From positions 17,856,001 through 17,920,000 of the forward strand of contig OZ024762.1 of NCBI GenBank assembly GCA_964016885.1: 64,000 nucleotides of DNA, read 5' to 3'. Under the pieces are notes generated by a model. The model searched no databases. It saw only the letters and a program-made list of their open reading frames with translations, and was not told the origin of the DNA. Each line of letters starts with the position of its first letter. The stretch's first letter is position 1. The position numbers and the translations under genes are program-made. The stretch is from Eledone cirrhosa (taxonomy: Eukaryota). Below, in pieces: positions 31,255 through 43,521 of the stretch.

Positions 31255-32325
31255 CCTTCCATTGCTGACACTATCTGCCAGTCACAACTCCTGGCAAAAG
31301 AAAGGAGCTGATCCTCATATCAGACCAAGGAAACAACGTTCCCATTGGTCTTTCCATTGCTGACACTATCTGCCAGTCACAATTCCTGGCAGAAGAAAGA
31401 CGCTGATCCTCAGATCAAACCAAGGAAACAATGTTTCCATTGGTCTTTCCATTGCTGACACTATCTGCCAGTCACAATTCCTGGCAGAAGAAAGACGCTG
31501 ATCCTCAGATCAAACCAAGGAAACAATGTTTCCATTGGTCTTTCCATTGCTGACACTATCTGCCAGTCACAATTCCTGGCAGAAGAAAGACGCTGATCCT
31601 CAGATCAAACCAAGGAAACAATGTTTCCATTGGTCTTTCCATTGCTGACACTATCTGCCAGTCACAATTCCTGGCAGAAGAAAGACGCTGATCCTCAGAT
31701 CAAACCAAGGAAACAATGTTTCCATTGGTCTTTCCATTGCTGACACTATCTGCCTGTCACAATTCCTGGCAGAAGAAAGACGCTGATCCTCAGATCAGAC
31801 CAAGGAAATAATGTTTCCATTGGTCTTTCCATTGCTGACACTATCTGCCAGTCACAATTCCTGACAGAAGAAAGGAGCTGATCATCAGATCAAACCAAGG
31901 AAACAATGTTTCCATTAATCTTTGTTGATACTATATGATAGTCATAAGATATAGTGTCTTGTTGATACTATATGTTAGTCACAACCCCTGACAGAAAAAG
32001 AGCTGATCATCAGATCGGACCAAAGAAATAATGCTTCCATTGGTCTTACCATTGCTGATACTATCTCCCTGTTACCACTCCTGACAAAAGAAAGGAGTCA
32101 ATTGTTGACTGAAACAAAGAAAACAATGTTTCTATTGGTGTTTCCATTGCTGATATTATCTGCCTGTCACAATTCCTGGCAGAAGATAGGAGCCGATCGT
32201 AAGATGGTCTATCAATAGCTGGTCGCAACTCTTGGTATAATGAGCCACATGAAATAAAGTGTCTTGTTCAAGTACACAACATACCGCCCTGTCCAAGAAT
32301 TAAACTCTCGACCTTATGATCCTTC
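31255..32325 (-). repeat. 95-bp minisatellite (about 10 units) derived from the SINE family-2 tail, joined to its parent SINE (about 32220-32325)
   Basis: ATTGCTGACACTATCTG at 31261, 31356, 31451; the unit resembles 4065-4125; the array runs into GAAATAAAGTGTCTTG core. Confidence 0.88.
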
Positions 32326-32558
32326 ACAAAAACATCAACTAGTAAAGTAGTAATCTAATCTAATCTGGCCGAGTTTACACCCACAAATAAAAAAAACCAG
32401 GGCCGCACCTAGGTGCATTGGATTTGGCGTACTTCATATTTGTTTCGGTTGCTGAATACAACCAGGGGTCGTTGCTTCTCCTGAAGGTCAATAGTTCTGT
32501 AGAAGATCACGCCACCTAGCTTTGACTTTGGAGGCAGTCGATTAACTGCCCTTAGTTC

Positions 32559-32579
32559 TGACGTCACGTTCTGACGTCA
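32559..32579. promoter_or_regulatory. two full palindromic CRE sites (TGACGTCA) 13 bp apart
   Basis: TTCTGACGTCACGTTCTGACGTCAG. Confidence 0.35.
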
Positions 32580-32861
32580 GTAGCTGAATACACACTCATG
32601 TACATATAATCTCGAGGTATGTTCTTTTTGCTTAATTGTTTACGTACACCGAACAACAAATAGAAGAGATGTCTAGCAGCCAAGCTAGGGAAACGAACTC
32701 CCCTCTAAATCGTAAAACAACGCAGCCTTCTAAAATGGTGACCATCTCACCTAAAGTTCTATTCTAACTCGAGCTGGAGCGCCTTTCCATTGTCAGTTTC
32801 CATTTAAGCTGTTATCTATTATCTCAGTGGAATGATCGTGATGCCCCCCCCCCCTCTCCCA

Positions 32862-33100
32862 CAGCCCCGGTGGACAGAATGGAGAAGGCGTTTCCCCGGA
32901 GGACGGCAAGGGAGACGCGCTGGAAAAGCCACTCCAACTCGCAGGGCTAACACCTGCAGCTGGCCAGCTCAGCGCCTATGGTGGTGAGTAGGGAGGTAGC
33001 CCTAGAACCAAGGACACCAGAAGTTTCCACTGCTGCAGCTGGCCAGCTCAGCGCCTATGGTGGTGAGTAGGGAGGTAGCCCTAGGGCCGAGGACACCATT
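32862..33100 (+). mobile_element. GC-rich repeat fragment homologous to 42895-43030, with an internal ~52-bp direct duplication
   Basis: GACAGAATGGAGAAGGCGTTTCCCCGGAGGACGGCAAGGGAGACGCGCTGGAAAAGC aligns with GACAGAATGGAAAGGGCGTTACCCTGGACGATAACGAGGGAGACGGGCTGAAATAGC. Confidence 0.7.
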
Positions 33101-33129
33101 GAATAAAGTAGTAAATATCAACAATAAAA

Positions 33130-33450
33130 CTGGTTTCTAATTTAGAGGAAAGGAAAATAGATTATATCAAGCCCAGTACTTGACTGGTACTTTATTTTCA
33201 CGTCTTGCCGATATTTGAACTCAAAATGTAAAGAACCGTCACGAAATACCACATGGAATTTCGTCCTGCACGCTAACGATTCTGCCAATCCACCGCCATC
33301 GTAACAACAACAATAATAACAATAGTTTCTGATTTAGGCACAAGGCCAGCAATTTGGGAAGAGAGGAAAGTCAATTAAATCGACCCAGTACATTACTGGT
33401 ACTTTATTTTATCGACTCCGTAATGATGAAGGGCAAAGCTAAACATCGGT
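33130..33450 (-). mobile_element. two SINE family-1 copies
   Basis: reverse core ACTGGTACTTTATTTT... twice. Confidence 0.8.
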
Positions 33451-33553
33451 GATGGTGTTGATGGTGGTGTTGATGGTGGTGTTGATGGTGGTAGTGGTGG
33501 TGTTGGTGATGGTGACGGTGGTGGTGTTGGCAGTAGTAGTGGTGGAGGTGATT

Positions 33554-33586
<33 letters not shown>

Positions 33587-33659
33587 ATGGTGATGGTAGT
33601 GGTAGTGGTGGTAGTGGTAGTAGTAGTAGTAGTAGTAGAAGTAGTAGTAATAGTAGTAT

Positions 33660-33698
<39 letters not shown>

Positions 33699-34985
33699 CA
33701 GTAGTAGTAGTAGTAGTAGTAGTAACAGTAGTAGTAGTAGTAGTAGTAGTAGTAACAGTAGTAGTAGTAGTAGTAGTAGTAGTATAGTGATGATAGTAGT
33801 AGTGATAGTAGTAATAGTGTTAAAAGCAGCAACATCTAAATCGTGCATTTGGAGGGTGGTGAGTGATATTTTGAACAAAAAAACATAACAGTAGGGCTTG
33901 GGGCTTTTTTCAGTCCCTACCCCTCCCCACCTCCAGTCACCCCACAGCCTGTATTTCTCTGTCTCTAGGGTGTTGTTAGATTGTTTTATTTTGTTTGTCT
34001 ATTTTATTTATTCGTTTGTTTAGTTTTGTTTGTTCTCTAATAGGGTGTTGGGTTTCTCGTCGCGAAAAGTCTTGAAAAATATTCTTAAAGAATGACACAG
34101 CGTGGGCGGAAGGGAGGGCGTACCACTTTAATGGCGGGAGAGGACTTAAGTAGCAGTTGTAGTGGTAGTGGTTGTTATAGTGGTAGTGGTAGTGGTGGTG
34201 GTAGTGGTGGTAGTAGTGGTGGTGGTAGAAGTAGCTGTAGTGGTTGTTATAGTGGTAGTGGTAGTGGTGGTGGTAGTAGTAGCTGTAGCTGTAGTGGTAG
34301 TGGTTGTGGTAGTGGTGGTGGTAGTGGTGGTAGTAGTGGTGGTAGTAGTAGCTGTAGCAGTAGTGGTAGTGGTTGTTATAGTGGTAGTGGTAGTGGTGGT
34401 GGTAGTGGTGGTAGTAATAGTAGCAGTAGTAGCTGTAGTTATAGTGGTAGTGGTAGTTATAGTGGTAGTGGTAGTGGTGGTGGTAATAGTAGTAGTAGTA
34501 GTGGTAGTGGTAGTTGTAGTGCTAGTAGTAGTAGTTATAGTGGTAGATGTAGTGGTAGTGGTGGTGGTGGTAATAATAGTAGTAGTAGCTGTAGTGGTAA
34601 TTGTAGTTGTAGTTGTAGTGGTAGTAGTATTAGTAGTAGTGATAGTTATAGTGGTAGTGGTGGTGGTAATAGTAGAATTAATAGTAGTAGTAGTAGTGGT
34701 AGTGGTGGTGGTGGTAGTAGTAGTAGTAGTGTTGTTATGAATTCTTAGTTTGTAGGATGAGCTGAACATTCATGAAGTTTGATGTTGGTGGTTTCGGGGA
34801 TTGGTGGATGGTGGTTGGTGGTTGGTGGTTGGTGGTTAGTGGTTGGTGGTTGATGGTAGCGTGGGTTGATGGTAGATGGTTAGTGGCTGACGGGGGTTCG
34901 GTGGTTGGTGGATGGTGGTTAGTGGTTGATGGGGGTGAGGGGGTTCGGTGGTTGATAGATGATGGTTAGTGGTTGGTGGTTTGGG
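33450..34985. repeat. (GTA)n/(GTG)n/(GGTT)n simple-repeat tracts
   Basis: direct reading; source of the poly-V/T/S/G ORFs. Confidence 0.9.
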
Positions 34986-35211
34986 GCAAGTGGCTGCGGT
35001 GGTTCCTGGCTCTTAAAACCGAACCTGAAGGGAGGCGTGATGCGAAGATAGTGTAATGAAATACCCATGCAAAGGTGTGTGCCGCAATAAAGGAGCCAGT
35101 TCAATTTAAGGGTAACAGCCAGGGGAATTGGCTGGTACATGGATTCAACGTAACAAACCCCTCCAAAGTAAAACTCTTTCAAGTTACAATGCAACCATTC
35201 CTACTTTATAG

Positions 35212-35371
35212 CAGTGAAACTTGAACACTTACTATTATCAAACAAGAAAAGTACATCGGTGAAACATACATCTTTGCTTTGTCAGGCTCAAGACATAAAC
35301 TGTAGGCAACATGAGACTCTTAAAGAAATATACGACGATCTCTCAAAGAAACATCTGTCCAAAGGCAAAGA
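35212..35371 (+). CDS. possible second exon (AVKLEHLLLSNKKSTSVKHTSLLCQAQDINCRQHETLKEIYDDLSKKHLSK...)
   Basis: pyrimidine-rich acceptor CCTACTTTATAG|CAG, phase-compatible with the donor at 24378; no strong donor and the 3' end blends into the 84-bp repeat. Confidence 0.25.
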
Positions 35372-36085
35372 GGTCACAAAGTACTACTATCCAGATGTCA
35401 TAGCCAGAGTCTCTGGTATTGATGTTCGGGATCTAAGTAGTGTGGTGAGCAACAGACCTACATAGACTGGAGACCAACATATGTTAAAAACCAAAGATTC
35501 AGAAACCCCCCCCCCTGTCCAGATGTCATAATCAGAGTCTCAATCTATGCAGACTAGAGACCAACATCTGTTAAAACCCAAAGATGTCAGAAGTACTCCT
35601 GTCCAGATGTCATAGCCCGAGTCTCAACCAACGCAAACAGGAGACCAACATTTGTTAAAAACCAAAGATGTCAGAAGTACTCCTGTCCAGATGTCATAGC
35701 CCGAGTCTCAACCAACGCAAACAGGAGACCAACATCTGTTAAAAACCAAAGATGTCAGAAGTACTCCTGTCCAGATGTCATAATCAGAGTCTCAACCAAC
35801 GCAAACAGGAGACAACATCTGTTAAAAGCCAAAGATGTCAGAAGTACTCCTGTCCAGATGTCATAGCCCGAGTCTCAACCAACGCAAACAGGAGACCAAC
35901 ATCTGTTAAAAACCAAAGATGTCAGAAGCACTCCTGTCCAGATGTCATAGCCCGAGTCTCAACCAACGCAAACAGGAGACCAACATCTGTTAAAAACCAA
36001 AGATTCAGAAACTCTCCGGTCCAGATGTGATAGCCAGGTATTGATGTTCCGGATCTAGGCAATGTGATGAGCGACAGACTTAGGT
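35350..36085. repeat. 84-bp minisatellite (about 6-7 units) bracketed by diverged direct repeats
   Basis: GTCCAGATGTCATA at 35601, 35685, 35769. Confidence 0.92.
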
Positions 36086-36849
36086 GAAGATCTATCGTTC
36101 AGACCAACCGCAGGTTAATGCCGTGTATCTGCCGCGGTTGATGGAAATTACGTCCTTCCATGAATCGGGTAGCATCTCTTTTAAAAGTTCCTTGGGTGTG
36201 GGGGAGGGGGGGGGGGGGTCAATAGAAGACCCTCTCCTTCATTTGCGAAACAGGTGTAGATAACCCTCCTTTTCTTCCGCTCCTGGATAAGAGCCGCAGA
36301 TCGTGAAGTATTTCATAAGGCCACATATGATGTTTATGCGACATCATATTTTTCTCCGTTGGTTGATTCATATTCAAAATATTCTTTGTTGCTAGCGACG
36401 AAAAGCAAAAGAGGAATTTTGGTTATTTTCTCCTTTAGAAGTCCCTCTGACACGGTTTATGTGTGTTATGTTACAAGATGTATTTGCCAGTGGAAATTGC
36501 ATTTCTTCTTGTGTATCTTTTAAAGTACAAGCATATGTGTTATCTTGTTTACATGACTTTTGATTCACTTTATCTTTGTTGAAATTTTGGGAGGCGTGTA
36601 CTGGCTTAGTTGCCATGTTTAAAATGCCTGACGACAAACAAACAAAACAAAATGCTTAACGAATTAAAGTCTTTTTTCTCTTAAACTAGAAAACAAACAC
36701 CAGTAATAAAAGCCTACCTCTCTATGAACACAGTCCACGCATAAAATCCGTTCAGCCTAGCATGTAATACGATTATTTGTTTTCAAGTCACACAAGCGAT
36801 ACATAATACGTCTTGCCAGTAAAAGAAATACAACACCAATGATAATAAT

Positions 36850-37168
36850 AATTGTTTCTACTTTTGGCACAAGGCCAGTAATTACCCCAGTACATTACTG
36901 GTACTTTATTCTATCGACTGCGTAAGGATGAAAGGCAAAGCTAACCTCGGCAGGATTTGAACTCAGAACCTAAGGGGCCGTAACCCTATAATAATAATAA
37001 TAATAATATTAATAATAATAATAATAATAATAATTGTTTCTACTTTTGGCACAAGGCCAGCAATTACCCCAGTACATTACTGGTACTTTATTCTATCGAC
37101 TGCGTAAGGATGAAAGGCAAAGCTAACCTCGGCAGGATTTGAACTCAGAACCTAAAGGGCCGTAACCC

Positions 37169-37216
<48 letters not shown>

Positions 37217-37310
37217 TGTTTCTACTTTTGGCACAAGGCCAGCAATTACCCCAGTACATTACTGGTACTTTATTTTATCGACCCCGTAAGGATGAAAGGC
37301 AAAGTTAAAT
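36850..37310 (-). mobile_element. three tandem SINE family-1 copies separated by (TAA)n
   Basis: near-identical AATTGTTTCTACTTTTGGCACAAGGCC... units at about 36851, 37032, 37214. Confidence 0.9.
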
Positions 37311-37410
37311 AGTAATAATGGCTTCTAATTTAGGTGTGAGTGTTTATTAATGTTACAATCACAGGACAAATCTAAAATGAAGCTTTGAAAGAAATAGAAA
37401 ATATAGTGAA

Positions 37411-38066
37411 ATGCTTCGAAGATACGAAAAGAAGAAGAAGTACGAGCGTAGTATAGTATGTACCCCTACCCCCTGAGCGAGTCGTAGGGGCGCCATATTG
37501 ACATACGGCGTTTCTTGGTCCAATTTACAACCTGATGGAGCCCGTCTCCTCTCCAGCTCTGAATACAGCAGATTTCTTCCAATATTGTTGGAATGTTGAT
37601 CAATAAGGTCTAACAAGACCAAGATAATTCCAGATGACAGAGGAGCTTTGGAGGGGATATTGCTAAACCTGACAGGGTGTCATGAAGAAATGTAGGCGGT
37701 GAATGGGCAGAGTGATTAGAACGTTAGATAGACTGTATTGCGGTATTCGTTACGACTCGCAGCTCTCAAATATCGACGGAGACACCTTTGCCTTTCATCC
37801 TTTCGAGGTCAATAAAGAAAGTACCAGTCTAGTACTGGGGTCTATTCTTCCTCTACATCTCTTTAACACTTCCATTCTCTCACTCTCTATCCTTCTCTGG
37901 AAGAAATCTGCTGTATTCAGAGCTGGAAAGGAGACGGGCCCCATCAGGTTGTAAATTGGACCAAGAAACGCCGTATGTCAATATGGCGCCCCCACGACTC
38001 CCTCAGGAGGTAGGGGTACATACTAACACTACGCTCGTACTTCTTCTTTTCGTATCTTCGAAGCAT
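37411..38066. mobile_element. long-tail SINE (37694-38066, +) with an inverted copy of its ~170-bp tail (37411-37581)
   Basis: ATGCTTCGAAGATACGAAAAG...GATTTCTTCCA is the reverse complement of TGGAAGAAATC...CTTTTCGTATCTTCGAAGCAT. Confidence 0.9.
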
Positions 38067-38126
38067 GTGGTTATATGACAGTTTCCAATTTCTTTACACA
38101 GTCCTTTGCATTATTATTAAATTCTG

Positions 38127-38633
38127 CGGTGGTGGATTGGTAGTATCGGTAGAGGGTCGGACGCCATACTTTGCAGCAAAGAGTTACGGCCCTTTATGGT
38201 CTGAGTTCAAATCCCGCCGAGGTTAACTTTGCCTTACGGGGTCGATAAAATAAAGTACCAGTAATACACTGGGTAATTGCTGGCCTTGTGCCAAAAGTAG
38301 AAACAATTATATATATATATTATATCATATTTATATATATTATATTATATTATATTATATTATATTATATTATATATATATTATATTATATTACATATAT
38401 ATATATACTATATTATATATATATGACGCCATGCTTTCCAGCATAGTTACGTCCCTTTACGATCTGAGTTCAAATCCCGCCGAGGTTAACTTTGCTTTTC
38501 ATCCTTACGGGGTCGATAAAATAAAGTACCAGTAATGTACTGGGTAATTGCTGGCCTTGTGCATAAAGTAGAAACAATTATATTTACTGCACAAAACATG
38601 CGTAATAAATAGTAATGGTAATTTATTTTTGAA

Positions 38634-38668
<35 letters not shown>

Positions 38669-38846
38669 CTGTTTCTACTTTAGGCACAAGGCCAGCAACT
38701 ACCCAGTGCATTACTGGTACTTTATTTTATCGACCCCGTAAGGATGAAAGGCAAAGTCAACCTCGGCGGGATTTGAACTCAGATCGTAAAGGGACGTAAC
38801 TATGCTAGAAAGCATGGCGTCCGACCCTCTACCGATACTACCAATC
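38127..38846. mobile_element. SINE family-1 cluster: 38127-38308 (+), 38424-38580 (+), 38668-38846 (-)
   Basis: head, core and tail matches; the last two form a close inverted pair. Confidence 0.9.
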
Positions 38847-39090
38847 TAAAATAACGTCAGTGAGTCACGTGGAAATCTATTGTCCGTCGTCTGTCAGCGA
38901 CCTCTTCGGTTTATGGAGGCGTATTTAGTATTTAGACGTGATATAGTGTTGAATGGTCATTGATATATACATCGACCTTGTGTATCTCTCGTGGGACTAA
39001 TCAGTGTGAAGAAGAAGAAGAAGAAGAAGAAGAAGAAGAAGAAGAAGAAGAAGAAGAAGAAGAAGAAGAAGAAGGTGGTGGTGGTGGTGG

Positions 39091-39139
<49 letters not shown>

Positions 39140-39207
39140 GGTGGTGATGATGATGGTGGTGATGATGATGATGATGGTGGTGGTGATGATGATGGTGATG
39201 ATGATGG

Positions 39208-39245
<38 letters not shown>

Positions 39246-39365
39246 TGTTACTAATGTTCACTTGGGATATTTATTTCCATCGTTTCCAGCGAGATTACAA
39301 TTATATAATACGTGTGTTCTGGAGCGTACGAATATAAACACTCAAATAATATACATACATATAAG

Positions 39366-39426
<61 letters not shown>

Positions 39427-39571
39427 TAACTAGAAGTAAGCGAAAGTGCGTAAACGTGTCTATATATTAATGTGGTGATGTTGGTAGTGGTGGTGGTGTG
39501 CAGTTTATTTGAAACTTTTAACAAGGTTTAACCACGTAATTTTAATACACACACACACACACACACACACA

Positions 39572-39602
<31 letters not shown>

Positions 39603-39706
39603 ATGTAGGTAATAATAAATATATACAGTTACAAGTATGAAAATAACTCGATGTAAAATAAGTGACAAAGTTTTGATATCATATTTGTGTTTGACGTTTG
39701 TTATAT

Positions 39707-39751
39707 ACTCTGATGAAACCGGCCTTGTGCTAGAATGGAACGATCGTAAGT
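39707..39751 (+). ncRNA. decayed hammerhead-like motif
   Basis: ACT-CTGATGA-...-GA-ACGATCGT-A^AGT: 3-bp helix I and palindromic helix III, but poor helix II and one core A missing. Confidence 0.4.
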
Positions 39752-39909
39752 GATTAAATGCTCAACGCACTCTTTGATTGTCATTTACATTGTATATTTA
39801 TATACATATATAACATGTATATATAAATACACATATATACATATATATATATACATATAACATATACATATATATATATATATATATACACATATTTACA
39901 TACATACAT

Positions 39910-40820
39910 AACGATCTGAGTTCAAAAAAAAAACAAAAAAGCAAAAAAAAAAAAAAAACAAAAAAAAAAATAAAAAAAAAAAAAAGAAAACAAAAAAACA
40001 AAAAAAAAAAAAATACAAACAAAAAAAAAAAAAAAAAAAAAAAAAAATCCGGCCGAGGTTAACTTTGCCTTTCATCCTTACGGGGTCGATGAAAAAAAAT
40101 AATAGTAATGTACTGGGTAAATGCTGGCCTTGTGCCTAAAATAGAAACAATTATATTATATTATATATATATTATATTATATATATATATATATTATATA
40201 TAATCAAATCCCGCCGAGGTTAACTTTGCCTTTCATCCTTGTGGGGTCGATAAAATAAAGTACCAGTAATGCACTGATAATTGCTGGCCGTGTGCCAAAA
40301 GTAGAAACAATTATATATATATATTATATCATATTTATATATATTATATTATATTATATTATATATATATATATAGATTATATTATATATATATATTATA
40401 TTATATTATATTATATATATATTATTTTATATATATATATAGATTATATTATATATATATATTATATTATATTATATTATATATATATTATTTTATATAT
40501 ATATATAGATTATATTATATATATATATTATATTATATTATATTATATATATATTATTTTATATATATATTATATTATATTATATATATATATTATATTA
40601 TATTACATATATTTATTATATTATATTACATATATATATATATATTATATTATATATATATATATGACGCCATGCTTTCCAGCATAGTTACGTCCCTTTA
40701 CGATCTGAGTTCAAATCCCGCCGAGGTTGACTTTGCCTTTCATCCTTACGGGGTCGATAAAATAAAGTACCAGTAATGCACTGGGTATTTGGTGGCCTTG
40801 TGCCTAAAGTAGAAACAATT
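39910..40820 (+). mobile_element. three 5'-truncated SINE family-1 copies in AT-rich low-complexity DNA
   Basis: cores at about 40047-40150, 40204-40312, 40664-40820. Confidence 0.85.
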
Positions 40821-40824
40821 ATAT

Positions 40825-40947
<123 letters not shown>

Positions 40948-41206
40948 TATGGCGGATGTGGAATGTTTGATGGGTGAACAGTATTCAGTCGGAACGGTAT
41001 GCATGTCATTTATCTGACAAGAGTTAAAGTAACGTTGTAAACTGCAGGAAATATGAAAGACCTACTGTATATAGTCTAAACTGAGAATGTAGACAACTAG
41101 CTGATAAGATATCATATTAACTATGGTTAGTATGACATGAGAACAACCTATCTATGGTTAGTATGACATAACTGTTTATTAGTAAGACCAATCTCTGTGT
41201 TGGTGA

Positions 41207-41680
41207 ACGCACATATATGGCTTAGTGGTTAGGGTATTCAGCTCACAATCGTAAGGTCGGAAGGTCGATTCTCTGCAGCACACTGTGTCCTTGAACAAGA
41301 CACTTTACTTCACTATGTCCTGTCCCCTCTCATGTTTAAAATGAGATGTTCCTGTAATTCGAAGGGCCGTATTTCGCTACAGTTCCCCTACGACTCCACT
41401 AGACCGGGAGTTCGTTTCCCAGAAGGACATTCAGTCCTTGAGCTAGACACTTTATTTCCCTAGCTCTAGTCCCATCTACTGTTTAAAAAAATGAGTTGTA
41501 CCTGTAATTCGAAGGGCCGTATTTAGCTACAGTTCCTCTACGACGCCACTAGACCGGGAGTTCGATACCCAACAGCATATTGTGTCCTTGAGGTTTATTT
41601 TACGTTGCTCCAGTCCTCTTAGCTAGTAAATAAAAATTGAGTTTTACCTGTAATTCAAAGGGCCATATCTCACTACGGTG
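41207..41680 (+). mobile_element. SINE family 2 with a decayed internal triplication
   Basis: TGGCTTAGTGGTTAGGG head; GTCCTTGA...CCTGTAATTC(G/A)AAGGGCC repeated three times. Confidence 0.75.
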
Positions 41681-42214
41681 TCCTTACGAATTTATCAGGG
41701 GTTACAGATCCTTACAAACATACAACAGGGAAAGGGTTAAGCCAGCTGATGTTTTTTTTTATGTCTCTACTATTTCAGGGAACATTTTCCACATATTCTA
41801 ATTTTTTTCTTCGCAATCCCTTCTTATTAATGCCCTATTATTGTAGGGTGTGGCCCAACTAAATATGTCCCTGACGGTGGTCAGGTTAGATATTATCTTA
41901 ATTACTTTGCCTATTAAAATCTTTATGATTGCGGGTGGAGGTGGTTCATATAGACTGTGTTGTTTATATAAGATCTACCTCTATTGAGTTTCACATAAGG
42001 AGTAGTCATTTTCTGCAGTCAAATCTTATATAATGTCTAAAATATTAACTACACCAACGTTGCTGCTGATGGTTTCAAATACACCGTCTCGGATGAAGTC
42101 AGAACAAGCTAAACACAACACAACCAAGAGAAGAAAAATGTCTGTTGATATATATATATATATATATAGTTTTGCGAGGTTTTTTATATGAAATCGTGTG
42201 TCGAAACAGATATT

Positions 42215-42446
42215 GTTATACTTGGGGAGGGTCATATTTGCGTAATATTGCCAGAATTAATAACAGAACACACATATTGTATCTGTATTATTTTTGACCG
42301 CCGGTCAGTCAATGGCAACATTGAGGACCGAGTAAGTTAGATCGCAGATATAATAAAAGACAGCGAGAAGCGAAAACCAACCAAACAGTGAGTGTGTTCT
42401 GTTATTAATTCTGGCAATATTACGCAAATATGACCCTCCCCAAGTA

Positions 42447-42450
<4 letters not shown>
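42215..42450. mobile_element. fold-back element, perfect 59-bp arms (42215-42273 / 42392-42450), structured spacer, in (TA)n
   Basis: GTTATACTTGGGGAGGGTCATATTTGCGTAATATTGCCAGAATTAATAACAGAACACAC and its exact reverse complement. Confidence 0.9.
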
Positions 42451-42488
<38 letters not shown>

Positions 42489-42533
42489 CATACATATATA
42501 TATATTCTATTTCTTCTTTAATTTCCCATTCTT

Positions 42534-42569
42534 TCTTCTGATAAAGGACTAACGTCAGAAACGTTAAGA
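42534..42569 (+). ncRNA. hammerhead motif of family A with two core/helix mutations
   Basis: TCTT-CTGATAA-A-GGAC(TAAC)GTCA-GAAACGTT^AAGA; flanks match 30000-30135 and 60330-60425. Confidence 0.65.
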
Positions 42570-42692
42570 CCCTATTCTTGCTATTTCAAGCGTTAAACTA
42601 ATATATTCCTTCCATGTACTGTACCGTTTGCTTTGTTATTTTTGTTATTCCTGTTTACCCTTTACAAACACACACGCACACACACACACACT

Positions 42693-42769
<77 letters not shown>

Positions 42770-42894
42770 GGTGTTTGTGTATATGAACACAACAAACATG
42801 AGAAAGAACACCCAATGTCTAACTCAATATACAAGCCAGGCGATGTGGGAGAACGTTCTCTAACGTTCAGAACCCGATGCACAAACCACTTCAA

Positions 42895-43345
42895 GCTCCC
42901 AACAGACAGAATGGAAAGGGCGTTACCCTGGACGATAACGAGGGAGACGGGCTGAAATAGCAAGTGGCCAACTCCGCCACGATGGCAGTAAGTAGGGATT
43001 TTCTTTGGTGACCCAGAACACTAGAAGTCGTCTGCACTTCAGATTCAACGACAAACCTATCGGACAAAACGACCGGTACTTCAACAGCTTGCAATCTTGG
43101 GGCAACGAAGTCTGGGTCTGTTGCCGAATGCTCCAGTTTGCCGCTGGACAAGTGTTGCGTCCTAGATGACGGGGAGTTGATTACCACCACAGAACGGGAA
43201 GAGAGTGGTGCCATTTAACGTTCTGTCCTCCCTTCGGCTCGACCTCACCGGTTCAACCTGTGGAGTAAAACAGGCAGCGTCCAAGCCAGGCTTAACAATC
43301 TCCTTGGGTGCGACATGACGTGAGAGGCAACCGATTGCTCTAAAG
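42895..43345 (+). mobile_element. GC-rich repeat, probably a LINE 5' UTR fragment
   Basis: homology to 32862-33030; no long ORF. Confidence 0.5.
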
Positions 43346-43521
43346 TTATTGTCTTTCAAAATAGATCTTTCCTAAAATTGTCCATGCTATTATTATTCTT
43401 GTTATGGTTACGGCGCAAATAAAACAACGTACCAGTAACGAACTGGGGTCGATTTAGTCGATGGATGGAGACAAAGACAAAGAACATGAGGATTTCTTTC
43501 GTTGCGGTGTGTAATTGGTCT

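Noticed and set aside
32865-32983. Apparent exon with good AG/GT boundaries
   Set aside because: Homologous to the dispersed repeat at 42895-43030 and hits a stop in the phase matching the 24377 donor
34092-34769. Gly/Ser/Cys-rich (loricrin-like) or Thr-rich (mucin-like) ORFs
   Set aside because: Imperfect (GTA/GTG)n trinucleotide tract open in several frames
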